Positions 39,313 to 48,739 of a DNA stretch of 53,860 nucleotides are shown here, one piece after another. Origin of the DNA: an uncultured Bacteroides sp. (GTDB lineage: Bacteria; Bacteroidota; Bacteroidia; Bacteroidales; Muribaculaceae); contig CAYYAA010000001.1 of NCBI GenBank assembly GCA_964469875.1, positions 1 to 53,860 of the forward strand, read 5' to 3'. Numbering within the stretch: position 1 is the stretch's first letter; every line of letters begins with the position of its first letter. Below the pieces are notes generated by a model that worked only from the letters and a program-made list of their open reading frames with translations, did no database searches and was not told the DNA's origin. Position numbers and translations under genes: made by a program.

Positions 39313-42300
39313 ATGAACTTATCCTTAAAATTGAAACACGATCTGTTTCCGATTGCCCGGGCTATCATTGTCAGCACGGTAGTCGCCGGAGGTAGCGCAG
39401 TGTACGCTCATGCTAATCCGCCGGCTGTTGCATCTGCGGCAACTCCGGTCAACAGTAAAATTTCCGGTACCATTGTTGATGCTTCCGGTGAGCCTATCAT
39501 CGGAGCAAGCGTTCTTGTCAAAGGCACAAAGCTCGGTGCTACAACAGACATTGACGGAAACTTCACAATCTCGAATGTCAACGGCTCTACGCTGGTTATC
39601 TCATATGTTGGCATGAAAACACAAGAAATCAATATTAGCGGCAAAACGCACATTGATGTCGTAATGCAAGACAATACTGAGATGCTATCAGAAGTTGTGG
39701 TAGTAGGTTACGGTACCCAGAAAAAGGAAACCATGACCGGTGCCGTCACCGCAATCGGAGCCAAGGAACTTGAAGGAAAAGGAACTCTGTCAAGCCCTAT
39801 GCAAGCACTACAAGGTCAAGTACCGGGTGCTATCATCACGCGTTCATCAACAGCGCCTGGTGATGAGTCATGGAGCATGACTTTACGCGGTCAGACCTCC
39901 AAAAACGGAGCGACACCTCTTATTATCATTGATGGTGTTGAATATGAAAGCGTTAATGAACTCCGACTCATAAATCCATCAGATATTGAATCAATCAACT
40001 TTCTTAAGGATGCTGCGGCTTCAATATATGGTTCAAAAGCCGCCGGAGGTGTTGTTCTCGTAACTACAAAGAAAGCAAAAGACGGAACATTTCGTGTAGA
40101 CTATTCAGGCTCAGTTACTGGCAAGTTCAAAGGTATGGTCCAAAAAAAGTTGAGTCTTTCAGAATGGGCAAATTCAACTATTGAAGCACGTACAAATGAT
40201 GGCTATGATGATTCTGATACATGGATTAAGTACGCAAAGTTTGCACTGGCTTATCCTGATCAATACCTCGATTGGAACTATACCGGCAATCCTTTCAATG
40301 CATTTCAAGATACAAATGATATAACATTCTTTGATACAGATTGGGATGACATCCTTTGGGGTGATTCTTACTCTACTCAACATGAATTAGCCATCACCGG
40401 TGGTCGCGAAGGTAACACCATGCGTCTATCTTTAGGATATATGCACGATGACTCTAACTTGAAATGGGGTACTAACTTTAATAATAGGTATAATGTCCGT
40501 CTTACCAACTCTGTAGACTTTACCAAATGGTTCCACCTCGAATCTGTTATCGGCTATAACCGCCAGCACCAAATCGCTCCAACTATGATTTCATCGGCAC
40601 TTAATGCCGCACAACAGCCCGGTTTTCCTTCTTCTACAAAGAATGGTCTACCTTATGGCTGGGGTACTTGGAAAACACCTAACTGGCAATGCGAACTCGG
40701 TGGTGATAACATCTTAAACGTTTCGGCCCTCAACATCAGCGAGAACATGAAATTTGATCTTTATGACACACTCGCTCTCCATGTTGTTGTCGGTTATAAC
40801 ACTTCCGCCGCCAGTCGTGACACAAATCGCAACAATATAACATTCTATAATTACGCAGGCACAGACATTGTTAAGGCTGCATCTGAATCAGCTTCGGATA
40901 GCTATTACGAAAAATCAAATAGCCGTACTGACTTCTATTCATTTCAAGGATATTTGGATTGGAATAGAACATTCAACAAACTTCACAACCTCAAGTTGAT
41001 GGCAGGATGGCAATACAATCTTAAACAATACGATTACGTAAAAACACACGTTACCGAAACTCAAGAATCTCTTGAAGTGATCAATGGATCCGGAACAGTC
41101 ACCTATACTTCAAATGCTTGGGAAGAAGCAATGATGAGCATCTACGGACGTGCCAACTATGACTACAACGGCAAATACTTGGTCGAAGGTCAGTTCCGCC
41201 GAGATGGTTCTTCAAAATTCCGCGGTTCTAACCGCTGGGCTAACTTCGGCGGTATTTCTCTCGGATGGCGAGTGCTCCAAGAAAATTTTGCTGAAAATCT
41301 TCGCAATTGGTGGGATGAATTAAAAATACGTCTCTCTTACGGTACAGTCGGTAATCAAAGTGGTATCGACCGATACTCAGGTACAAACTTATATAATTTG
41401 AAGACCGATGGTGCACTTGTTGGTGATGCTATCCTTTCTTACATCGCAACCAATGGTAAGTTGCCATCATCAGATCGCACTTGGGAGCGCATCAATAACT
41501 ACAATGTCGGTATTGATTTCGGTTTCTTCAAAAATCGCTTGACAGGTACTGTGGAGTTGTTTGAGAAAAAACTTAACAACATGCTTATTGATGTTCAGTA
41601 TGCCGGTACACTTGGCGCTACTGCACCAACAGGCAACTACGGCGAATTTAAATCTTGGGGATACGAAGGTCAACTCAATTGGCACGACCGCATCGGAAAT
41701 GTAAATTACAACATCGGTGGAACATTTACCTTTGCTGATAACAAGTTAATAAACAATGGTACTGAAAATGTCGCTATCAAGAGTGGCGTCCGCAGTGACC
41801 GTGAAGGCTATCCTCTCAATTCTGTATTCGGTTTCTTATATGCCGGTAAGATTCAAGACGATGCTACCCTTCAAGCGTACAAAGACCGCTATGCAGACTC
41901 TTATACCGGAGACGGCACGCTTAGCCTTATACGTAAAGGTGATAATATGTTTAAGGATGTCAATGGTGATGGCAAACTCGATGAGAACGATTTGGTATAT
42001 CTCGGCACTGAAGATCCAAAAATCCAATTCTCATTCAACGCCGGCGTTGAATGGAAAGGCATTGATGTAAGCGTAATATTCCAAGGCGCAGCTAAGCGCA
42101 CAATCTGGCGTCGCGAAACGAGTTCATCGCCCGACCCATGGCGCATTCCGACTTACGCAGCATATCGTCAATCTTCAAACCACTTCCTCGGAAATGTTTG
42201 GAGCGAAGATAATCCCGACGGCTTCTATCCTTCGCTTACTAACCAATCCGGCATTAATAGCTATAACTATCAATGCTCTTCATGGTCAGTACAAGATGGT

Positions 42301-42528
42301 TCATACATCCGTCTTAAGAATCTAACTATTGGTTACACTCTTCCTAAAAATCTCATTGCAAAGACTCATTGCTTGAGTAATGTTCGTGTATCTGTAACAG
42401 CGTCAGACCTCTGGGAATGGTGCAAGACTACTGACGGCTACGACCCCGAAGCAGATGGTGTCGTTTCAGGTACCACTAAATATCCATTCACCCGAAATGT
42501 TACTTTCGGCTTAAATGTTTCGTTCTAA
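39313..42528 (+). CDS. susC: SusC/RagA TonB-dependent transporter (no STN domain)
   Basis: GEPIIGASV, EVVVVGYGTQKK, LKDAAASIYGS.AAGGVVLVTTK, RRDGSSKF, terminal GLNVSF. Confidence 0.96.
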   Translation: MNLSLKLKHDLFPIARAIIVSTVVAGGSAVYAHANPPAVASAATPVNSKISGTIVDASGEPIIGASVLVKGTKLGATTDIDGNFTISNVNGSTLVISYVGMKTQEINISGKTHIDVVMQDNTEMLSEVVVVGYGTQKKETMTGAVTAIGAKELEGKGTLSSPMQALQGQVPGAIITRSSTAPGDESWSMTLRGQTSKNGATPLIIIDGVEYESVNELRLINPSDIESINFLKDAAASIYGSKAAGGVVLVTTKKAKDGTFRVDYSGSVTGKFKGMVQKKLSLSEWANSTIEARTNDGYDDSDTWIKYAKFALAYPDQYLDWNYTGNPFNAFQDTNDITFFDTDWDDILWGDSYSTQHELAITGGREGNTMRLSLGYMHDDSNLKWGTNFNNRYNVRLTNSVDFTKWFHLESVIGYNRQHQIAPTMISSALNAAQQPGFPSSTKNGLPYGWGTWKTPNWQCELGGDNILNVSALNISENMKFDLYDTLALHVVVGYNTSAASRDTNRNNITFYNYAGTDIVKAASESASDSYYEKSNSRTDFYSFQGYLDWNRTFNKLHNLKLMAGWQYNLKQYDYVKTHVTETQESLEVINGSGTVTYTSNAWEEAMMSIYGRANYDYNGKYLVEGQFRRDGSSKFRGSNRWANFGGISLGWRVLQENFAENLRNWWDELKIRLSYGTVGNQSGIDRYSGTNLYNLKTDGALVGDAILSYIATNGKLPSSDRTWERINNYNVGIDFGFFKNRLTGTVELFEKKLNNMLIDVQYAGTLGATAPTGNYGEFKSWGYEGQLNWHDRIGNVNYNIGGTFTFADNKLINNGTENVAIKSGVRSDREGYPLNSVFGFLYAGKIQDDATLQAYKDRYADSYTGDGTLSLIRKGDNMFKDVNGDGKLDENDLVYLGTEDPKIQFSFNAGVEWKGIDVSVIFQGAAKRTIWRRETSSSPDPWRIPTYAAYRQSSNHFLGNVWSEDNPDGFYPSLTNQSGINSYNYQCSSWSVQDGSYIRLKNLTIGYTLPKNLIAKTHCLSNVRVSVTASDLWEWCKTTDGYDPEADGVVSGTTKYPFTRNVTFGLNVSF

Positions 42529-42555
42529 TAATCACGTCTAAATCAGAATTTCGAA

Positions 42556-44256
42556 ATGAATAACATTTTTAAATATATTTCGGTCGCTGCATTGGCTCTC
42601 CTCTCTACAGCTTGTATGGATCTTGATCCTAAGGACCAACTTTCTGATGGAAACCTATGGAACAAAGCTGACGACTTCCAACAGTTCACCAATCAAATGT
42701 ATTCGTGGACTTACCACTTCTCGTCGGTCGTTGCCGATGGAACACACTCAGATCTTCGCTCTGACTTGATTGCCGATAAAGGTAGTCTCAACGAATATGC
42801 TAACGGCACAAATACCGTTCCCGCTTCTGATGGCAACTACACAAGTGGTTACACACATATCCGCAACTGCAACCTATTGCTCGAAAAGGCAGCAGGATAT
42901 GCAGACCAAGAATCAATTACTCAAGCCGTTGGCGAGGCTTACTTCTTCCGCGCATACAGCTACTTCGAAATGCTTCGTCTTTATGGCGATCTTATTATCA
43001 TAACTCGCACGATTGACACGGATAGCGAAGAACTCTATGCAACTCGCAGCAATCGTACAGATGTGATGGATCTCATCATTTCAGATCTCCACAATGCCAT
43101 AGACCATCTCAAGGACTTCAACTCACTCGAAGCCGGTCGCATCTCGCGTGAAGGAGCACTTGCTTATCTCAGTCGTGTCGCTTTATATGAAGGCACTTGG
43201 CAAAAATTCCACAACGACAATACAGCTAAAGCGAATAGCTATCTTGACGAAGCTGCAAAAGCTGCACGCGAAGTTATTGATGGCGGTCAATTCCAATTGT
43301 TCTATAACAGCGTTCTCGGCAATACTTCTCAAAAGTACATGTTTATCCTCGAAGATGTGGCCAAAAGTAATCCGGCCGGTCTTGGCAAGTCTGATAATAA
43401 AGAATACATCTTTGCTCGCCGTTTCAACGACACCGATGCACGACATTCGATGAACCTCACTGTTGGTTGCTTGAATAATGCGCAAATTATCTCACGCAAA
43501 ATGGCGCAAATGTATCTCTGTTCTGATGGCCTTCCAATCGATAAATCATCGAAATTTCAAGGCTATGACAAGATGAATTCCGAATGGCAAAACCGCGATA
43601 ACCGTATGCGATACAGTATGTCTATGCCGGGCGACGAATTCTTTAACGGAACAGCCTCTGCTACAGCTCGTCACAACTGGGATGAAACCGACAAAGGTAC
43701 AGTTCTCACACCGACAACCGGAACTCGCTATTTCGCACAAAAATGGGCTGCCGAACGCGAAGTTGTTTCTCGCTACGAAACTTATGACTTCCCCATCATT
43801 CGTTATGCTGAAGTCTTGCTCAACTATGCTGAAGCAATTTACGAACGTGATGGCAAAATCTCAGATGACGACCTCAACTTGTCGCTCAACCTCACTCGTC
43901 GCCGTGTTAACTCAGAAATGCCGGCTTTGACTAATAATTTCGTTATCTCAAATGGTCTGGATATGCGAGAAGAAATCCGTCGTGAACGAACCGTTGAATT
44001 CTTCAACGAAGGATTCCGCCGCGATGACCTCTGTCGTTGGAAAACCGCTGAAACAGAAATGTCCGGCAACTTCCTCGGCGTAAAATGGACAGGCGAATTT
44101 GTCCTCAAAGGTGGTTCAATGGCTTATGACCTTGATGCTGATGGTTGCATCATCTATGAGGCTAATCGTCAGTTCGCGCAAAAGAACTATCTCTATCCTC
44201 TGCCGTCAGAGCAACTTCAACTCAATCCTAACTTGGAACAAAACCCCGGTTGGTAA
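42556..44256 (+). CDS. susD: SusD/RagB lipoprotein
   Basis: Lipobox STAC, GEAYFFRAY, RYAEVLLNYAEA, ERTVEF..EG.R..DL.RW, NPNLEQNPGW. Confidence 0.96.
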   Translation: MNNIFKYISVAALALLSTACMDLDPKDQLSDGNLWNKADDFQQFTNQMYSWTYHFSSVVADGTHSDLRSDLIADKGSLNEYANGTNTVPASDGNYTSGYTHIRNCNLLLEKAAGYADQESITQAVGEAYFFRAYSYFEMLRLYGDLIIITRTIDTDSEELYATRSNRTDVMDLIISDLHNAIDHLKDFNSLEAGRISREGALAYLSRVALYEGTWQKFHNDNTAKANSYLDEAAKAAREVIDGGQFQLFYNSVLGNTSQKYMFILEDVAKSNPAGLGKSDNKEYIFARRFNDTDARHSMNLTVGCLNNAQIISRKMAQMYLCSDGLPIDKSSKFQGYDKMNSEWQNRDNRMRYSMSMPGDEFFNGTASATARHNWDETDKGTVLTPTTGTRYFAQKWAAEREVVSRYETYDFPIIRYAEVLLNYAEAIYERDGKISDDDLNLSLNLTRRRVNSEMPALTNNFVISNGLDMREEIRRERTVEFFNEGFRRDDLCRWKTAETEMSGNFLGVKWTGEFVLKGGSMAYDLDADGCIIYEANRQFAQKNYLYPLPSEQLQLNPNLEQNPGW

Positions 44257-44276
44257 CGTCTTAATTAGATTAAATT

Positions 44277-45731
44277 ATGAACAAGATATTAAAAGCGAGC
44301 GCACTATGTTTAGGACTATGTGCGGCAAGTGTAGCTATCGTTAGCTGTGACGATGATAAAATCTTCACGACCGACTACACTATGGTCTATCCGATTGATG
44401 ACATTCAATTTATATGCGGTGAAGGCGATGAATATCCAATGCAACCGGGCCAAACATATCAATTACAATGGACCGTTGGCCCTAAAGATATTGATGATGA
44501 AACTATCGTATTTAGCTCATCTGACGAATCTATTGCAACCGTCACCCAATCAGGTCTGATTACAGCTGTTGCCCCCGGCGATGCTCTTATCACAGCCACT
44601 CCACCCATCGGTTTCGGTGCTACAGCTACTTTGCTCGTACACGTTAAAGAGAACATCGTCTTGACGGAACAAATCATTGTTGCGGTTAATGGCGAAGAAG
44701 CAGAAGAATACTTTGAATCTGACCAAGTACAACTCACCGCAACAATTCTCCCTGCTGACCATGATTACAATTACTTGACATGGTCTTCTGCCGATGAATC
44801 TATCGCAATTGTCGATGAAACAGGTCTTGTCACTCTTCTTAAAGAAGGCACAGCGACAATCACCGCCACTGCCAACGATGGCACAAACGTGAAAGGTTCG
44901 TGGTCTACACAAATCCACAAGATGGTCAATGTCGAGAATCTCACAATCTCTCCCCTATCAGACGAAGTTTGCCTCGATCGCGGCTCATTTGCGTTGGATG
45001 TAACATATTCTCCCACCGGCGCTACCGCAGGCACTGTCGTTTGGTCATCATCTGATGAAACTATTGCGACTGTTGAACGCGGCAAAGTCACTCCGAAGGC
45101 ATTTGGCTCTTGCACCATCACAGGTACTGCTCCAAATGGCAAATCTGCATCAGTTCAGGTAACAGTGGCTAACGGATGGCGCATCTGGGATGTTGACAAC
45201 AATTGGGGGCAATTCTTATCCGCAACATCAGGCGCAGGCAATGACAAGAACGGTGCTCGTCCCGGATATTTCCGTATCACCTTCCCTGCCTCAACCGCTA
45301 AATATCGCGCAGACTTCTCTTGGCAAGGCATAAGTGCCAACAATCCGGTCTACATGAACGTGGCTGAATATCCAATTTTAGCTATGCGCATTGACCACCT
45401 CTCAAATCAAGGGGCAAACATTAAAGTAGGCACTCACGGCAATCTCAAACTTGATGCAGTTGACAGTTACTCAGGTGTCAATGTCGGCTCTCCAAACCCG
45501 AAGACAATTGTCCTCGAAGACGGCTCTTATCTTTTCTATTACGATACGCTCGCATCTAAATATCCCGATGGAGCAATTGCATGGCGCGTATTTGGTGTCA
45601 AAGTTGCCGACTGGCTGCAAGATGCCATTGATAAGGATGCCGCATACTATGACATCAAGTGGATTCGTACTTTCAAATCTCTCGCTGAAGCTGAAGCCTT
45701 TGCAAACGACGAAGTCGCTGCCGGCGAATAA
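44277..45731 (+). CDS. Surface glycan-binding lipoprotein: 3 Big_2 Ig-like domains + DUF4979-like domain
   Basis: Lipobox VSC-DDDK; three (W/F)SSxDExIAxV repeats; C-terminal KYRAD..YPILA..LKLD..VAD..Y..KWIRTFKS. Confidence 0.75.
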   Translation: MNKILKASALCLGLCAASVAIVSCDDDKIFTTDYTMVYPIDDIQFICGEGDEYPMQPGQTYQLQWTVGPKDIDDETIVFSSSDESIATVTQSGLITAVAPGDALITATPPIGFGATATLLVHVKENIVLTEQIIVAVNGEEAEEYFESDQVQLTATILPADHDYNYLTWSSADESIAIVDETGLVTLLKEGTATITATANDGTNVKGSWSTQIHKMVNVENLTISPLSDEVCLDRGSFALDVTYSPTGATAGTVVWSSSDETIATVERGKVTPKAFGSCTITGTAPNGKSASVQVTVANGWRIWDVDNNWGQFLSATSGAGNDKNGARPGYFRITFPASTAKYRADFSWQGISANNPVYMNVAEYPILAMRIDHLSNQGANIKVGTHGNLKLDAVDSYSGVNVGSPNPKTIVLEDGSYLFYYDTLASKYPDGAIAWRVFGVKVADWLQDAIDKDAAYYDIKWIRTFKSLAEAEAFANDEVAAGE

Positions 45732-45743
45732 AATCTTATCAAT

Positions 45744-45787
45744 AAGCATCCGGGCTTTAATGCCACGAACAATAAAGCCCGATGCTT
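45744..45787 (+). terminator. Intergenic hairpin (terminator or mRNA-stabilising)
   Basis: AAGCATCCGGGCTTTA / TAAAGCCCGATGCTT with one bulge. Confidence 0.5.
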
Positions 45788-45809
45788 TAACAAACTCAAA
45801 AGAACAACA

Positions 45810-47201
45810 ATGAAAAAAATTAAGATATTAAATCTCGCATTTGCATGCTCAATGACGTTGATGGCTTTCGGAGCTTCCTCTTGCAACGAAATTCCCGATG
45901 AAGCATCTATCGACATCAACGAATGGACATCACAACCCGATACATATATCGCAAAGACTTATACGCTAAGTCACCCTTGTATGCTCCACTCAAAAAGTGA
46001 TATTGATTATGTAAAAGCTCACCTCACACAATCGCCATGGCGGGAAGCATACGCCGAGTTGTGCGCCACAAGCTACGCACAACCGACATATCAAATGCAC
46101 ACTCCAAAAGAATACATCGCACGCCTTGATGCAACAAACTGGGCTGACGGCGGTGGTCGCTGGTCTCAATACGGAGTTGAAGATTGTTGGTATTCAGGTG
46201 TCCAAAACTCATTCCTATGGCTCGCCGCAGATGCTGATGCCGCCTACCAAAATGCTATCCGCTATCAACTTGAAGGCAACACAGCCTGCGCTGAAAAGGC
46301 TCGCGAGATACTTGTTGAATGGGCTAAGGTTAACAAAGGTGTTATTATCGGCAAAAAAAGCACTCTCAACGGCACTGTTATTGACCCTAATGAATACCTC
46401 ATTCTGATTAATATTCACCACGTAGCCAACGCAGCAGAACTTATTCGAGACTACAACAACTTTGGCAATTCTGATGACTTCAAAACCGTATGCTCTTGGC
46501 TAAAAACTTATTGGGGTAGTCTCGCTGAGACTTTACTCGAAAGTCTGCAAGGTGGTCGCCACACATGGATGAACTGGGATCTTGCTGCCATGACCGCCGA
46601 ATTATCTATCGGCACACTTTGCGATGATCAAGATATGATTAACTACGCAATGCGTGAATTTTATGAAGGCGACCATCCCGGCAATCTCGTACTGCTCGGC
46701 GCTCCCTACTTGTATGATGATCCTGACAGCACCGAAAAAATCGCGCAAGGCAACGAATGTGGTCGTGATCAAGGGCACAACACCCTTTGCGCAGCACTAC
46801 TCGGAGCACTCTGTCAAATGGGACTAAATGTCGGAGAAGACCTCTTTGCCGCAAACGACTACCGCGCAGTTGCTATGGCTGAATATGTTGCAAAAATCAA
46901 CGTTTCCAAGAACTTGGACTGCACAACATTCCTCCACACATTGTCATCAATACCATTCACATCTTATACCTACGGCGATGCCGGAACAATGTCACAAATT
47001 TCAATAGATGGTCGTGGTCAGTTCCGCCCATGTTGGGATCTCTGGGTCGGTTACTGCCGCACTCATGGCATCTCTTGTAAGTATGCTTCGGAATTTGCCG
47101 AGCAAAAACGTCCTGACCAAGGTGTCGGCTACTATGGCACCAGCTCAACCGGTTATGACCAAATCGGCTATACCACATTGATGCACTACCGACCCGAATA
47201 A
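45810..47201 (+). CDS. Alginate-lyase-fold (PF05426-like) lipoprotein
   Basis: Lipobox ASSC; HPCMLH, DADAAYQNA, NWDLAAM, ECGRDQGH, EYVAK, DQIGYTTL. Confidence 0.78.
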   Translation: MKKIKILNLAFACSMTLMAFGASSCNEIPDEASIDINEWTSQPDTYIAKTYTLSHPCMLHSKSDIDYVKAHLTQSPWREAYAELCATSYAQPTYQMHTPKEYIARLDATNWADGGGRWSQYGVEDCWYSGVQNSFLWLAADADAAYQNAIRYQLEGNTACAEKAREILVEWAKVNKGVIIGKKSTLNGTVIDPNEYLILINIHHVANAAELIRDYNNFGNSDDFKTVCSWLKTYWGSLAETLLESLQGGRHTWMNWDLAAMTAELSIGTLCDDQDMINYAMREFYEGDHPGNLVLLGAPYLYDDPDSTEKIAQGNECGRDQGHNTLCAALLGALCQMGLNVGEDLFAANDYRAVAMAEYVAKINVSKNLDCTTFLHTLSSIPFTSYTYGDAGTMSQISIDGRGQFRPCWDLWVGYCRTHGISCKYASEFAEQKRPDQGVGYYGTSSTGYDQIGYTTLMHYRPE

Positions 47202-47228
47202 CTACGAGAACTGTTGTTATATTTGATC

Positions 47229-47270
47229 ACGGATGAATGAGTAATTAAGCTCGTTCATCCGTATTTTTAT
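47229..47270 (+). promoter_or_regulatory. Terminator-like hairpin that contains a putative ECF promoter
   Basis: ACGGATGAATGAG / CTCGTTCATCCGT followed by ATTTTT; ATGAGTA (47237-43)-16 nt-CGTATT (47260-65). Confidence 0.68.
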
Positions 47271-47308
47271 GTACTAATCACGAATAAAATCATAAACTGT
47301 AAATAGAA

Positions 47309-48736
47309 ATGAGACGTTTATTAACATCTATCACAACAGCGATGTCAGTCTTTGCATTGGTCTGTGGGCAAACCACGCTAAAAGGCTTACACACATCTGA
47401 AGACATCTCTTATGTAAGACAACAATTAGACACTCAATCCTCGCCGTGGACGGATGCTTTTTCTCGTTTGGAAACAAGCAAATATGCCTCAACAAGCTAC
47501 ACTGCATCGCCGGTTGAATGGCTTGCTCGACTTAACTCTTCGGTATGGGGTGAACTTAACGACCGCTGGACTGCCGCAGGTATTGAAGACCTTTACGTTG
47601 AAGGTATCTGCAACAACTACACATATCTCATGCGAGATGCCGCTGCTGCATACCAATTAGCATTGAGATATGTACTGACAGATGACGAGCAATATGCCGA
47701 TGCCGCCAAAAGCATACTCACTGCATGGACAAATACAAACAAAGGATTGCTTCGCAACTCAGCAGGTGAACTGATTGACCCAAACGAATACCTGATTTTA
47801 ATTCAGGCACATCAACTCGCAGTTGCCGCAGAACTACTTCGCAATAGTGACAATTGGGACACGACTGATGAGTTCGCCTCTGTATGTCAATGGCTGAAAG
47901 ACACATTCTATGTTCCTGCTTCCGACTTTTTGAAGCACCACAATAACACCACCGACCACTATTGGTTGAACTGGGATTTAGCAGCAATGACATCCGTGCT
48001 ATCTGTCGGCATAGTGTGCGACGATGAGACAATGCAGGCAGAAGCTATTGAATACTTCAAACATGGTGACGGTGTTGGGTGCATCACTAATGCAGTGCCT
48101 TATCTCCACGATGACCCATCAGGCACAGGCGAGACACTTGGTCAATGCAACGAATCAGGTCGCGACCAAGGTCACGCTACACTCTGCGCTGCCCTACTCG
48201 GTGCATTCTGTCAAATGGCAAAGGGTGTAGGTGAAGACCTATTCGCATACGATGACTATCGCGCCATAGCTATGGCTGAATATATCGCTAAGTACAACAT
48301 AACCGAAGGCGATGACTTCAAGTATCCTGCCGAAACAATTCCGTTCACGTCTTACACCTATGGCGACCAAGGTCAAATGGACTCACTCTCAGCTGATAGT
48401 CGCGGCACACAACGACCCGGATGGGACATCTGGGTCGGATACTGCAACGCTAACGAGCGCGCCTGCAAATACAGCGATGAAATTGCAGCTCTTGACAGAC
48501 CGGATGCCGGAGGTGGCACTTACGGCTCTAACTCCGGAGGTTTCGACCAACTCGGATTCTCAACTCTTATGTTCTACCGCGCTCCTCTCGGCAGCACAAC
48601 ACTTGTCTCAAACATCTTAAGCCATAACGAAACAGAAGCCGAATACTACACCATCCAAGGCATAAAAGTGAGCAATCCTACTTCCGGTTTATTCATCGTA
48701 AAGAGAGGAAATACTTTTACAAAAGTAATCCTTTAG
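47309..48736 (+). CDS. Alginate-lyase-fold protein, paralogue with a short T9SS-type C-terminal domain
   Basis: Same motifs (DAAAAYQ, IDPNEYLILI, NWDLAAM, ESGRDQGH, DQLGFSTL); tail EYYTIQGIKVSNPTSGLFIVKRGNTFTKVIL. Confidence 0.78.
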   Translation: MRRLLTSITTAMSVFALVCGQTTLKGLHTSEDISYVRQQLDTQSSPWTDAFSRLETSKYASTSYTASPVEWLARLNSSVWGELNDRWTAAGIEDLYVEGICNNYTYLMRDAAAAYQLALRYVLTDDEQYADAAKSILTAWTNTNKGLLRNSAGELIDPNEYLILIQAHQLAVAAELLRNSDNWDTTDEFASVCQWLKDTFYVPASDFLKHHNNTTDHYWLNWDLAAMTSVLSVGIVCDDETMQAEAIEYFKHGDGVGCITNAVPYLHDDPSGTGETLGQCNESGRDQGHATLCAALLGAFCQMAKGVGEDLFAYDDYRAIAMAEYIAKYNITEGDDFKYPAETIPFTSYTYGDQGQMDSLSADSRGTQRPGWDIWVGYCNANERACKYSDEIAALDRPDAGGGTYGSNSGGFDQLGFSTLMFYRAPLGSTTLVSNILSHNETEAEYYTIQGIKVSNPTSGLFIVKRGNTFTKVIL

Positions 48737-48739
48737 CTC

